DNA of 64,000 bases from the human T2T-CHM13v2.0 reference genome, Homo sapiens. Positions 41,042 through 55,269 of this stretch are shown here, in pieces (within the stretch, counting starts at the first letter, position 1; each line of letters begins with the position of its first letter). The notes beneath the pieces are model-generated. The model saw nothing but the letters and a program-made list of their open reading frames with translations. It did no database searches and was not told the DNA's origin. The translations under genes and the position numbers were made by a program. The stretch lies in the NCBI RefSeq assembly GCF_009914755.1, contig NC_060930.1; one strand, written 5' to 3'.

Positions 41042-43262
41042 AATTTTTAATAAGCTTTTTATTTTAGCATAGTTTTAAATTCTAGTTTTAGATGGAGAAG
41101 TTAACAAAAATTATACAGAGATTTCTCATACACCCAACACTGTTTCCCCTATTGTTAACACCTTACATTATTATTATGGTACATTAGTCACAGCTAATAA
41201 ACCAATATAAACACATTATGATTAACTAAAACCCATACTTAATTTATATCTCGTTAATTTTAACCTAATGTCCTTTTAATATTTCCGTTCTAAGATCCGA
41301 TTCACATACCAAATGACATTTAGTCGTCATGTCTCCTCTGGCTTCTCTTGGCCACGGCAGTTTCTCAGTTATTTCTTGCTTTTGTTGGCCTTGATACTTT
41401 TGAAGAGTACTGGTCAGGTATTTTGTAGAATGTCTATTTACTGTGTTTATTTGATTTTTTTGTTTGCTTTTTTGATTTGACTGTTTTATGGGTTTGGGGG
41501 AGGAATATCACAGAATTAAATTTACTTTCCTATCACTTCATATTAAGAGTACATTGCTAGGCTAGCAACATGACTTATTGCTGTTGATGTTAACTTTAAT
41601 CATCTGGTGGAGGGAAGAGTTTGTTAGGTCTCTTCAGTGTAAAGCTAGTAATTTTTCTCTGTTTCTATACTTCCCTTTTTGGAAGGAAGTCATTGTAAGC
41701 AGCCCATATTACAGAAGTTTTGCTTCACTTCCTGGAAAGAAGAGTACTTACATAAATTATTTGGAATTCTTTTGCATGGGTAATTTGTTCATTCTATACC
41801 ATTGATTTATGTATTTGTTTGTTGTTTGTTCGTATCAGTATGAACTCGTGGCTATTTATTTTATATATTGTATTATAATTCAATACTATATATATTTTTC
41901 TTGCTCCAATTATTACAGTTTTATTCATGGGAGCTTTTTCAGTTGTCTCAAGTTTCTTTGACATACACTCATCATTGTATTTATTTGTTTGTTTTAGCAT
42001 TTGCTTACTTTCTGGCACTATAAGGTGCTACAGGCTCATCTTGTATATTTCTTCCCTCAGTTGTAGAGTAAGACATTTCTCTGAGTAATCTAGTTCTTTT
42101 TACTGAAGAATTGTATCAGAAACCAATATCTGAGTGCTATGTGTGCTCTTTGCTATTGGAGTGTTGTTGCTTTTCAGCCCTCTCAACTGACAAAGCAAGG
42201 AAATATGTATATACTGATCCAAGTTTATACACATATGTATAAACATTTTCTATATATAACCTTCTATATTTATATTAAGCTAAACATGAGTTCATGCTCA
42301 TATCTCCAACTGTAATCATTATTACATAGATCATTTTAACTTTGTCCTCTTGCTTTTCTGTAACCTCCCACTTCAACAGTGATAAACTTAACTTCCATTA
42401 ATTTACTTGTTTGATTCCAGCATATGGAATTCATGTGTGTATAGCTGCATCTCAATTCATATGTGTATAGCATAATCAGAACTGTTAACCTGTACTCCTA
42501 TGGGAAATAACTTTATTAACTAGAGAACAGAGCTTACGGACAGTTGCTTTTGTCTTTAGTCTTACAGACTACTCATTTCCAAAATTACTTAGGACAGCAT
42601 CCTTTAGTGAGGATATTTTATACATTTGTAATAGTTAGATTCTTTCTCAGAGTTTATATTCCAACCTGGAACTTCCTGATCTCTGAAATAAATTTTAAAA
42701 ATTTGAATAAATGTAGGTTTATTTTTTGTTCAGTAAAGTACTCTGGGTGTCATAAATGCAGAATGTTAAGTATACACCCTAACATTTTCAAACCAAATAG
42801 TTTCTCAGCTCTCAAAAAATATCCTGTGTTTTACCTATCAAATCCTCTCTACTCCCTAAACTCTAAACACTGATCTGCTTTGTGTCTCTAAAGTTTTGTA
42901 TTTTCCGAGATGTCAGGTAAATGAATCACACAGTGTATTTCCTTTTCAAAACTTCACTAAGCAATGTACATTTAACATTTATCAGTGTTTTTTTTGTGGC
43001 TTGATAGCTCATTCCTTTTTGTTATTGAATAGTATGGATGTAGCACTGTTCGTTTATTCTTTCATCAACTGAAGAACATCTTGCCTCTTTTCAGTTTTTA
43101 GTGATTATAAAGATGCTATAATCTTTTGCATGCATTATTTTGTGTGGTCATTAGTTTCAAACCAGTTGGATAGATACCTAGGAGCATAATTGGCAGAATA
43201 TATGCTAAGGCAATGTTTAGCCTTGTAAGACACCAACAAATTGTATTCCAAAGTGACTGTTA
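41042..43262 (-). mobile_element. L1MC/L1MD (MC3/MD3-like) long 3' UTR and ORF2 end
   Basis: GTTTCCCCTATTGTTAACACCTTACATT, CATTTAGTCGTCATGTCTCC, TTTTGAAGAGTACTGGTCAGGTATTTTGTAGAATGTC and TTCCAAAGTGACTGT. Confidence 0.88.
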
Positions 43263-45762
43263 ATGTTGTAAAGGCAAAATTTTTGTCAGGAGGGTGTCTG
43301 GGATAGAGATAGAATAGGTTTAAAAGGGGATGCTTGTACCTTTCTATTCTGTAGAACAGATTATAAGAATATGAATTATCTGTTTTTTGAAAAGATGAAA
43401 GAACTGAAATAGCATCTCATTCCAGATAATTTTCTTTCTTTTTCTCTTCTCCCTCTTCTCTTCCTCCTTATTTTTCCTCTGTGCTTGCTTGCTATGTATT
43501 TACAATTTCTTTGTTCCCGTTCAGATGTTGACGCATATGTTGTGTCCTTCAAAACATCCTTCTCAATTCATGATGTAAGTGGTTGAATTACAGTTAACCT
43601 CTGGTGTATGAAGTTCCTTTTCTTCCTTTTTTTTCACGCGGTGTTGCTGATTGTTGAGTTGCTTTTGATTTTCCTGACTGTTCAGTGATAATTTAAGTGG
43701 GAACATGAGTGTCAGTCTCAATCAGTTTCTGCCACATTCTGATACAAATCGTATATCTGACCAAGCAGAGAATTTAAAAAAAGTATCTTTTTCAATACAT
43801 TCTATTTTGCTATGATTTTGGACATACATGATATAAAGCAGTTTTGGACATGTGTGAAATAAGACAGCTTAATTCCACTTTTTGTTTTTGATTATCATTT
43901 CTTTTATGATGTCATTATAAAGATCTTATTTGATCTTTTCCTTTTTCTGTCTATACTTTGTCTCTTATTTGCTGCTTCTAATCTGTGATGGGTGGAGATA
44001 TGGCTAAACAAGTATCAAGATTAAATAAGGAGCACATAATATCTAGTAATCTTAAATGCCACCATATACTATCTATGTTCATCTCAACAGCACTGAAAAG
44101 TAGAAATTTTTTCTCCAGTCTTATAGACAAGTAAATTGAATGAAATTCATAATATATTTTCAAATGTTATAAATAAGAAGTAGCAGAACTGGAAATCCAG
44201 CAGAGATTGTGTTTTTCCAAAAGCTGACATGCTGCCCATGTCTCCATTTTTTTTGCATGCGAAAGACCTAAAGAGTGACATACAAAGCTTTAATATAGAG
44301 ACTTTTGAAAAACTCTGTTATTTAATGGCTTTTTTTCTCTATATTCTTTCTGCTAAGAAATCCTGGAGGATGGAATCTACCAAATGTTTGACCTTTGAAA
44401 TGTAGGTTTAACTGAATTTGCTTTTTCTACACTTCTTTACTTGCTTTCCCATTTATGAACATGTAAAATTCTGCCTCCATGCAATTTTCATTGAAGAAAC
44501 AGCTAACTGAATTGGATTTCTGATTTATAAAGCAAGTCCTTTATGTTCTTCAAAGAGCTTACCCCAAAGGACCAACTGATAACATAGCCCTGTTGTAAAA
44601 TAATTCATTATAAAGGTCTGAAACAGGAGCTTTCCACCCTATCAGCTAGACGCATGTGCCCTAGTGATATTATCCCTCTCGGGAGGTTTTGAGCATCTTT
44701 GGTTCATTTTGCTCTATAGCTTTTACCATGCAATCTGTATTTGTGTTTTCATAACTGCCTCAGACTATACTATTGCCTCCAGAGACAATCTCAAATTAGA
44801 AAAAAATGTGTTACTAAAAAAAATCTTCACACTTTCTGAGTTTTTCTTATTTCAATGTGAAATATTTCTGCTTTTGGGCAGTTATGTTTGACTTACCAAG
44901 TAAGAAGATGACAACCTTACTTATCAAGTAAGAAGATGCATAAACCAAAATTTTATAATAGTATTGTACTTCATGGGACTGTAAAATTTAGTGAAATTTC
45001 AGAGAGGAACTATTGTCACTTTATTCTGGATGAAAAAGCTAAATATATCTAAAGGCTGCTTTTCTTTGAAGATATATTTTAATTATTATAAAAATATTTA
45101 GATGTAATGAACGATAGCACTTTTTTTAAACAACTGTGGTAAAATATAATGTATATATAACAAAATTCATCATTTAAAGTATGCAAGCAGATATTGGTAA
45201 ATTTATGTAGTCAAATAACTACCACCTAAATCACTGTTTGGCAAATTTCCATCATCTAAAAAGTGTTTTTGGCTATCTTCCCCTTACCTCACCCTTGGCC
45301 TCTTATCTACTTTCCATCATTATAGTTTTGGCTTCTTGAATTTCATAAAATGAAATCATACAGGATGTAGTATTTTGTGTCTGATTTTTTTCAGTCACCA
45401 AAGTGCTTTTGAAATACACCAATGTTGTATGTTTCAGTAGTTCATTCTTTTTTATTGCTCAGTAGTATTCTATTGTTTTGAGTTTGTTTATTCATTCACA
45501 AGTAAGTGGACATTTTGTCTAGTTCCAGTTTGGGGCTATTGTGATTACAGCTGTTATGAACATTCGCAAACAATTTTCTATGATCATATGTTTCATTTTT
45601 TCTTGAGAATATCTAGAAGTGGAGTGACTGGATCTTATGATAAATGTGTATTTATCTCTGCATATTAAAAAAAAAACCTGCCAAAGTATTTTCCCAAAGG
45701 TCAGTACCATTTTGCACTCACACTAACACCATTGTGTTTGAATTGTTCCATATCTTTGCTAT

Positions 45763-46271
45763 CATGATGAATTTTATGTGTCAACTTGACTGGGCTAAGG
45801 GATGCCCACATAGCTGGTAAGAATTTATTTCTAGGTGTGTCTGTGAGGGCATTCCTGAGAGATATTAGCATTTGAATTGATAGACTGAATAAAGATTACC
45901 CTTATCAATATGAGTTGGCACCATCCAACCTTTTAAGGGCCTGGATAGAACAAAAAGGCAGAGGAAGGATGAATTGGCTATCTCTTCTTGAGCTGGAACA
46001 TCTGTTGTTTCCTGCCCTTGGTCATCAGTGCTCCTAGTTCTTGGGCCTTTGGACTCACACATGCACTTCCACCATTGGCTTTCCTGGTTCTCAGGCCTTC
46101 AGGCTTGGACTGAAACTACATTACCGGCTTTCCTAGTCTCTAGTTTGCAGATGACATATTATGGGACTTCTTACCCTCCACAGTCTCATGAGCCAATCCC
46201 TCATAATAAATCTTTTTCTATGTATTTATATATTTTCCTTTTGGTTTTGTTTCTCTGAAGAACCCTAATAC
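45763..46271 (+). mobile_element. MLT2 (B/C/D-like) ERVL solo LTR
   Basis: AATTTTATGTGTCAACTTGACTGGGCTAAGGGATGCCC...TTTCTCTGAAGAACCCTAATAC. Confidence 0.93.
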
Positions 46272-47824
46272 TCTTGCCAACAATTAGCAATGTCGTTACA
46301 TTTAATTTTAACCTTTCTATTGTATATAATGGTAGTATCTCATTGCAATTTTAATTTGCATTCTTTAATAACAAATAATATTGAACATCGTTATATACTT
46401 ATATGCCGCTTACATATCTTATTTCCTAAAGTATTTGTTCAAATATATGCCCATTTTTAACAAGTTCATTAGTTTCCTCATTTTGAGATTTAAGAATCCT
46501 TTGTGTTCTGAGTACAAGTTCTTTGTCAGATATATAATGCACAATTATTTTCTTCCAATCCATCAGATACCTTGTCATTTTCTTAATGGACTATTTTGAA
46601 AAGCATTTAAACAAAATTTATGAAATCTAATTTGACAATTATATTTCTTTTAAGATTTATGTTTTTGTAGCCTATTTAAGAAATATTTATATAACCTTAT
46701 GACAGAAAGACACTCTGCTCTTTTTGTTCTAGAAATTTTGGACATATGATACATTAAAGTTAATATTTGTATATAATGTGAAATAAGGGCCATAATTCAT
46801 GTTGCTCCCCTCCCCCTTTTTGTTGCATGTAAGTTCCAGTGGTCTGACTATTGAAAAAACTCTCATCATTGTATTACCTCCAACTTGGAATTTTCTTTGT
46901 AGGAAGGCTTTTAAATAAGAGTTCAATTTCCCTGTACATATAGCTTTTTCACATTACTTTTTCTTCCTCAGTGAACTTCTAATTTATGTTTCCTAAGGTC
47001 TTTGTCCACTTCACCTAAGTTTTCAAGTTTTGAGGCATAAAGATGTCCATAACATTTCTTTATTATTTGTGAGCTTTTCTGTTCTTTCCTGATACTGCTA
47101 ATTTGTGTTCTTTTTTCTTAATCAGTCTGGCTAGATATTTATAAATTTTATTGATATTTTCCAAGAACCAACTTTTGCCTTCAGCAACTTTTTTCTATTG
47201 CTTTTCTGCTTTCTATTTTATTAACTTGTATTCTTTTCTTTATTATTTATCTTCTTCCACTTATTTTGTGAATAATTTTCTCTACTTTTTTCAGTTTCTT
47301 ATGTATAAGCTTACAACATTTATTTGATATGTTTATTTTCTAATATAAGCTATGATACTATTAATTTCCCTCTAACTACCGTTCTTTATGTGAGAAACAC
47401 ATTTGATATTTTTATTTTCATGTCATTCCAAATATTTTCTAATTTGTATTGTGATAGCCATTTCAATTTATGATTTAGTTGTTCATTTTAAAATTGATAC
47501 AAATATATTTTTTCTTATTAATTTCTAATTGAATTTGATTCTGGCCAGATAATATCATATATATGATTTTAATAGGGTTAAATTTATTCAGATTTGCTTT
47601 ATAAACCAAAATATAGTATATCTTGGTGAACATTCTGTGTAATTAGAAAGCATGTGTATTTTTTTGTTGTTGGGTAGAGTGTTCTGTATGCTGATTAGAT
47701 AAAATTAGTTAAGAGTATTGTTAAAGTATTCTGCATTTTTATTGAATTTTTTTGTCTAGTTTTTCTATCACTTTTATCTGTTGCCGAGAACAAGCTGAAA
47801 TCTTCAACTATAATTGTGATTTTG

Positions 47825-48137
<313 letters not shown>

Positions 48138-48284
48138 TTAGTTCTTTCAGTTTTTGTTTCATATATTTTAAAAATTATACTGTTAAGTGCAGGCATATTT
48201 AGGGTTTTTATGTCTTGGTGAATCAAGTCACTTATCATTGTGAGCTGATTCCCTTTACACTGGTAATATTCCTTATTCTGAAGC

Positions 48285-48415
48285 TTTAAAACAATTTTGT
48301 TGGTACATAGTAGTGAATATATTTATGGGGTACATGAGATGTTTTGATACAGGAATGCAATGGGAAATAAGCACATCATGGAGACTAGGGTATCCATCTC
48401 CTCAAGGATTTATCC
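48285..48415 (-). mobile_element. L1MA (MA2-MA4-like) 3' terminal fragment
   Basis: GGTACATAGTAG...TATTTATGGGGTACATGAGATGTTTTGATACAGG...GGGTATCCATCTCCTCAAG. Confidence 0.85.
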
Positions 48416-51400
48416 AAGTGATATTTTGCATTGTATATATTTGTACATTTTTAAAGTATTAACTTATTTATACCTGTACTCTTAATTTGGGATTCATGTA
48501 GACAACACGCAGTTGAATCTCATTTATTCAGTCCAACAATTTCTCTATTTTAATTGGAATGCTTAGGCCATTTAAATTTAATGTGGTTATTAATATGTTT
48601 AATTTTAAATGTACTATCTTACATTCATTTTTTAGTCATTTTTACTCTTTTCCTGCTTTCTTAGGGATTAATCGTTGTTTTATGATATTTTGTCTCCACT
48701 ATAGGCTTTTTAACAGATATCGCTTTGTTTTATATTTTAGTTGTCTCCATAGGTTTTGCAACTATGCATCTTTAACTTATCATTACCACTTTAACATATC
48801 ACTTCAAATAGCATTTATATAACTTCCATATCTACACTCCCTGACTTGATGCTAATATAGCCATACATATTAAGTCTACATATGATATAAACCTCTCAAT
48901 ATGCTGTTATTATTTTTGCCTTAAACAGCCAGCCATCTGGCACTGTTCACTCTTTTGGGAAGATTCAGATTCCCATCTGGCATCATTTTCCTTCTTTCTG
49001 TAGAGGGTCTGATGGCAATAAAGTTGCTCACCTTTTTTCTTTTTGATTTTGGTCTGAAAAGTCTTCATTTTGCCTCATTTATGAAAAAAAGTTTTCATTA
49101 GGTATAGAATTGAAGGTTGACAGATTATTTTATCCTATTAATTTAAAGGCACCATTTTTTATCTTCTAGACATTTCTGACAAAGTTTCTGCATAGTTTCT
49201 GACAAAGTTGTGTGGATTTGATATCATTTCTGATGTTATCGTTATTTCTTTGGCTTTCCCTATATCATGTGTTTTTCTCTGCAGCTTTTAAGATTTCCAT
49301 TTGCCATCATTTTTAGAATGTAATTTTAATGCACTGTTGTATACTTGTATGTTCATTTTTCTTGGAGTCTTTTGAGATCCTAAGGATCTGAAGGTTTATA
49401 TTCGTTATCACTTCTGAATACATTTCAGCCACTATTTTTTCAATCTTTTTAAACTGTCTCCTCACACCTTCCCCACCTACCAATCATTCTCTATGCTTTT
49501 GGGGTTCCAATTGCACATTTGTTAGCTTAATATTGCTTCACAAGTTGCTGATAATCTGTATATTTTTTTCAATGTGTTTTTGCTCTAAACTACATTTTGC
49601 TTAGTTTCTATTGATATGCGTTGATTAACTAATCTTTTCTTCTGTATCTTTTAATTTTTTCTTCTTTTCTTTAATCTGTTGTTGATCCTCTCCAGTGTAT
49701 TTTTATTTCTAATATTATATTTTTCATTGTTAGTAGTTCCATTTTTTTAAAAAAAATCTGTTTCCCTCTTTATTATGTGTAAATTTTCCTTTATAATCCT
49801 GAGCATATTTATAGTATTTTCAATTTTTGTTTTATAGTCTCTTCTAATGATCTCCTTCATTGTTAGGTCTGTTTATATTTATTGATATTATTATATTCCA
49901 CCTGTCATATTTTCTAGCTTCTTTATATGCCTAAAAATTTTTGATTGTATGTTCTATCTAACACATTTTATGTTGTAGATTACTGGATTTTGTTGTATGC
50001 CTTTAAAGAGTATTGAGTTTTGCTTAGCATTAAGTTGAGCTATTTGGGATCAAGTTGATCCTTTCAAAGTTTTCTTTTAAGCTTTGTTGAAGTTAATCCA
50101 AAGCAGTTTTTAGTCTTTTGCTCTTTTAGCCCATGACTAGAGTAAACCCTCCTTAGACTCTACTCAACACTCTATGAGTATATTATGAGATTCATCCCTT
50201 CTGACTGATTGGAATGCAAAATATTTTCAGCTCTGTGAACCTAGGGAATTATTCAGCCTGTTTCCTGGTGTCCCCCCCACCTCCCCAGTCTTAGTGAGTT
50301 TCATTCCACATGAGTTCAGACACAGAGTTGAAGACTTGAGGGACCCTTCTACATATGTCAATAACCCTTCTTCTTTCTATACAGATCCCTTTACTTTTGT
50401 ACTCTTAATTATTATATATTTTCAAATTTTATCTGAAAATTAAGATTGGCTTCCTAAAGAATTAGAGAGATGCTCCACACATCTGATTATCTCTTCATTT
50501 GAAAGTTATTACAAAAATTTGATTTTACATGCATATGTTCATGTGTATGTGTACACTGCATGCACACACTGTATGTGCATATGCTTACTCTCTCATGCTT
50601 ACACAAAATATTTTACAATCCAAAGCAATAATAAAGGAAGAATTACTTTTAGAGATGATTCCTTGAAACTTAATTTTGATTTTAAGTTTTCAGTGGAAAT
50701 ATATTAAAATATATGAATGAGCTATAATGAGCTCAGTTGTGAATTGGCATATTTCTGATCTGTAACTTTTATGAAATGAGGAGGATACACAAGGTAGAGT
50801 AAATGCAGACGTGTGTGTATCATGTAGATGAATATTGGGCTTTCCAACATTAATCTGCCACCTCCTTCAGTAACCTTTCCCCTGGCAAAAGATGGGTGAA
50901 TTGGTCTTAAATCTCAGTTGTCAGGATGAAGGGATCGCCAGCAGCATTTCTTCTCATCTTTAAATACAGATTCTGTTGATACACTTTGACAGGCACTTAT
51001 GTGTGTTTCAAAATATTGAAAAGGGTCATTCTCAGCTAAACCAGAATTTGCCTAATTGTTTTTGCTTTCTGCCCCTGGGATTTGAGACAGCAACAATGTG
51101 TGGCTAAGCAGTATAAAGCTTTCTTAACAAGTTCTGCAACTTAGTGACCCTGCTGACAAATGACCTTTCAACGCTCTACTGTCAAATTCCTAAACAAGAG
51201 CTTTTTCCCTCAGTGTGAAAAGTTAGAATCATTAGGAGTGTGAAACTTTGTGGAAATCTCTAATGGGGTTTTGAGTTTTCAACAAAATAAATTATCACTT
51301 AGTTAAATATTATCTCCTCTCATACTCCATCTCCACTGCTTTAATTGTAATTTTTCTAAAACCATAATACTCAAGGCAACATCTACTTACCTAAAGCATT

Positions 51401-52407
51401 TTTTCATAAGACTCACTGTGTATGAAATAGCTTCTTACCTCACTGCTATGAGGTGAAGGTAGCAGACATAAGTGCATGGATCCTTTTAAATGCAAAGAGG
51501 TATATTTAATACCTACTATTTAACTACTTCCTAAAAAACAAGGACGATGAACTTCATTGTTATTAACAAAGAAAAGAATACTGGTACACAAGTCCCTTCA
51601 GTGAGACATACAAATAGGACTGCAATAACCTTTGTAACTGATAGACGTGAAACGGTATTGTGCATACACATACACACACACACACAAAATCAAAATTTCA
51701 CTAATTGATTCTAGTAGCAGCAAAAGCCAGATTGAGTTCATAAAGTTAAAATTATAGAATATTCTCAAAGTAAATTGGATTTATTAATTTAATTTCATAA
51801 TAAAATGCAAATTTACTTAATGTTATACTAGACTTCTGAAGACTCAATAATAGTAGTGTTGTTCTTGTTGCTTTCAAGTGGTTGGTTCTGAGGTTATGTA
51901 TTCTTTTATGTAGGTTAATGTTTTTCTTACAGTATCACTAATACTGTCAATTTGTTTAATGTCTCTTTCTTTTAATAAACCTCTTCTGATAGTGTGAATG
52001 CATTTGCTTCAAATGAATTACCTTGACGATTTTCACAATAACACATGCCCGGAAAAAAATCTTACAGCTGTTTTTCTTAAAATGGGGTTTATTTTCTCCA
52101 AGAAATGAATAAGTTTGGTAGAAGGGAGAAAAGCAATACACTGTAAAATAGGAGAGAAAAAGGAAGGAAAGAAGAAGCACCAACAACTTTAAATTTTGTA
52201 GGTTAACAGATTAATCACTTAAACAGAGAAAACACTCAAATGCTAATTGATATATACATTTTTGAAGGACTGACATACAAAAACTTGTGGCTGCCTTATA
52301 TATGTAATAGTTATTTTATTTTTCTGGTTGCATTTATCAATATTAAATATAGGTCCATAACTTAAATTTATTATAAAATGCTGCTATTATTGGTCTGGGA
52401 GGTAACT

Positions 52408-52526
52408 GTGTATGAGTGTATATGTGTGTACATATATATGTGTCTACATGTATACATATACACACATTCATACATATATACAAACATACATACACACACA
52501 CACACATATACGCACACACACACATA
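52408..52526. repeat. Degenerate (TG/TA/CA)n simple repeat
   Basis: Read directly. A TG-rich half is followed by a CA-rich half. Confidence 0.9.
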
Positions 52527-53160
52527 ATATAAAACATACAGTAGCCCACTATTGGTTCAGTTAACCATTTACCATAAGCAGCAAAGCATGCATTTTAACG
52601 TAAGGTATTTAATGTAAGGTATTATAAGGTATCCATTATGACAATGGAGTTTAGTTAGGATTGGTCTCTTAGCCTTCTGTGACAATACTGAAATGTTGAA
52701 TAAATGCTCCATCTGACTTTTCTCATCACTGACCCATATGAAAACAGTGCCCAATAACCCACAGGTCTTCTGCATTCTCTGTCACTTGCCTTATTTTCTG
52801 AGTATCCTTCTGTTAATTTACAACAAGCAATGATACCAGTAAAACAGATTTTTTTCATACAACAAGGAGTCATTTCTTCCTAATTAACAGTTTCATCTCT
52901 TGACTAAGTTATAAAATACTCAGGCCACTGAACTACCACTTACATTTCAACCAACCCTGTAGTTATTGATTGAGGGGAGAAAGGGGAATAAAAATAATGT
53001 GATGTTTAATGATTTTAGGGTATTTATAAGGATTTCTGTGACATGACATTTCTTCTTTTAAAAAGTTTCCTCCATTTAGATATTATTATTCTATTTAATT
53101 CAAAAGAGATTTCTAAGTTCAATTGTAGAAATGCAACACATATTTAAAGACTTACAAAAT

Positions 53161-53360
53161 GAGGGTTACCAGATAAAATACAGGACACTCAGTAAAGTTT
53201 AAATTTCTATGAAACAATGAATAATTTTTTTAGTATTAGGATCTCAAAGTATTGCAAAGTATGTATTTATACTAAAAAATTCCTGGTTTACCAAAAATTC
53301 AAATTCAATTGGGCATCCTGTTTTATTTTGTTTTTAATTTGTTAAAACCTGACACCTCTA
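53161..53360. mobile_element. MER53 palindromic MITE
   Basis: AGGGTTACCAGATAAAATACAGGACACTCAG...TTTTTAGTAT / ATACTAAAAAATT...GGGCATCCTGT...CTGACACCTCTA. About 200 bp. Confidence 0.9.
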
Positions 53361-55269
53361 CAAAGCCAATCTCTAACATCACTAAAAGAAGATTATGAGT
53401 CTTCACTGTAGATTTCAACCTGCAGAAAATAACTGAGAAATCCTGTTGTCCCTTAAATACTAAGACACATTTCTCATTTCATTATCTCTGAGGCTGATTG
53501 ATTTAACTGAAAAAGGCCAGAGTCCTCATTAATTGGGTCATTAACTCTAAATCAGGGGAATGGTGTGTGGTCAGGAGTGAATTTTTAAAATATAAAAATC
53601 TAAACTAAAAGTCAAGTTTAAAGGCCTCTTTTCTTCCCTTTGTATTTATCTTTATTTTCACTCCACTCAGAGTTATATAAAGACCTTGCTGAAGGCGGGA
53701 GACTGTCAGGTGGATGTGAGAGAGGCCACTTTATCACAATGACAGATGCCTCTGGCACCCATAGCAACTTGACTCTAGCCACAAGGCTCTGGGCTTGGGG
53801 GCTGGGGTACAGATCTGGCTCTGACAAGCAGAGGCCTTGTGGGTGAACCCCACCTGGCCATTTGGAATCGTGGTCCTGAGGTAGCTCTGGAGCAAGTTGG
53901 CACAAATAAAGATTTCATAGCAATGTTTTCCAGATCCAGAAAAGATGAAATCAGATCAACCACTGATTTCTCTGTTGACTTGATAATGAATACTCATACA
54001 CAGGTGAGGTAACTGTCTAACAGCCTTTCTGGTGATTAGTTTAAGAGAAGAACATTTTCTATGGCAGCTGTTTAGCTCAAAAGTTAAAAATCTCACCACT
54101 TTTTCATCTGGCCCAGTACATAATATTCTTGAAATAAAACTCAGAATTAAGATCCATCTTAGTTTTGGCTGAGAGTTGAAAATGAAAAGGCTCAAGTTAG
54201 CCCCATATTGACAGGGCTGTGCTTTAAGTATAAGCACACTCGCTGTCTCCATTTTCATTTCCAGTTTTATTCCAAGAGGAAGAGAGACAAGAGGCCAAGT
54301 TCCCCTTAAGAAGGCAAATGTCTCTTTTCTTCCTGTGGATTTCCAGATAAACCCTCTGAGGTATATTTGCATTGAGAAATGCAGTGCATTGTATGTTGCT
54401 AGGATGCAGCAATTATTAAAGTAATTACTAAAGTGGTATCTACATAAAGTAAATTTGGATGATGTTTAAAACTCAAATGCACACTTTGTGATATTGTGTA
54501 TAATACAGCTTGTTTGTAGACAGACTACTCCTTTGCTAATGATATTGAAAAAGAACCTTCTTTACTTTGTTTTGCCTTTAGAAATAGATAAGTCCTTCTA
54601 GTTGAAAACTAGTTATCATTTTATCTTGTGAATAGTTTAACAGGATAATTATTAATAGTAGGAAGAAGAAAATTGTGACTTTTAATATGTAAAAGATATT
54701 TAATATATGTATACAAATTAGTTCATGGTATCCCAGTCCTAAAACAAAAAATCCAACTAGCCTCTAATGGCTTTGTGGTTGTACATAGTCATTTATTATG
54801 ACTGCTGAATTCACTTTCACATTTTGAATCACTTTAAACACCTTCCTCAAATATTTTTGCTAATGTCATTTCCCTTATAGGAATTTTGTTTTTCCCTGTC
54901 CTATCATGTTACCCTATACTAAATTAAACCCTAGGCTATTATGGGAAAAAATAATTCTCCATTCTATTTAGAGAACAGACCCAGATACGTCTTACATCAT
55001 ATTTACATATCAGATAAATTTATTATTATTTCACATATATAGATCCAAGAGAAGTTCCTGGAGGTCCTTTGCTTTTCAAAATAAACAGTGCTTTATGGGT
55101 GTGAAGGAAAAACTAATTAATATAGTCTTCTAGCAACTTCTTAGAGAAGTGGAGTTATCCTTCTTTTGAAAAATAGTGCCCTGCCTTTTAATGAATGAAA
55201 TGAGAATAAAAGCATGGCAAGAGACAACGATGGTTCACAATAATAGAGGAGAAATTTGGAAATAGTAAA

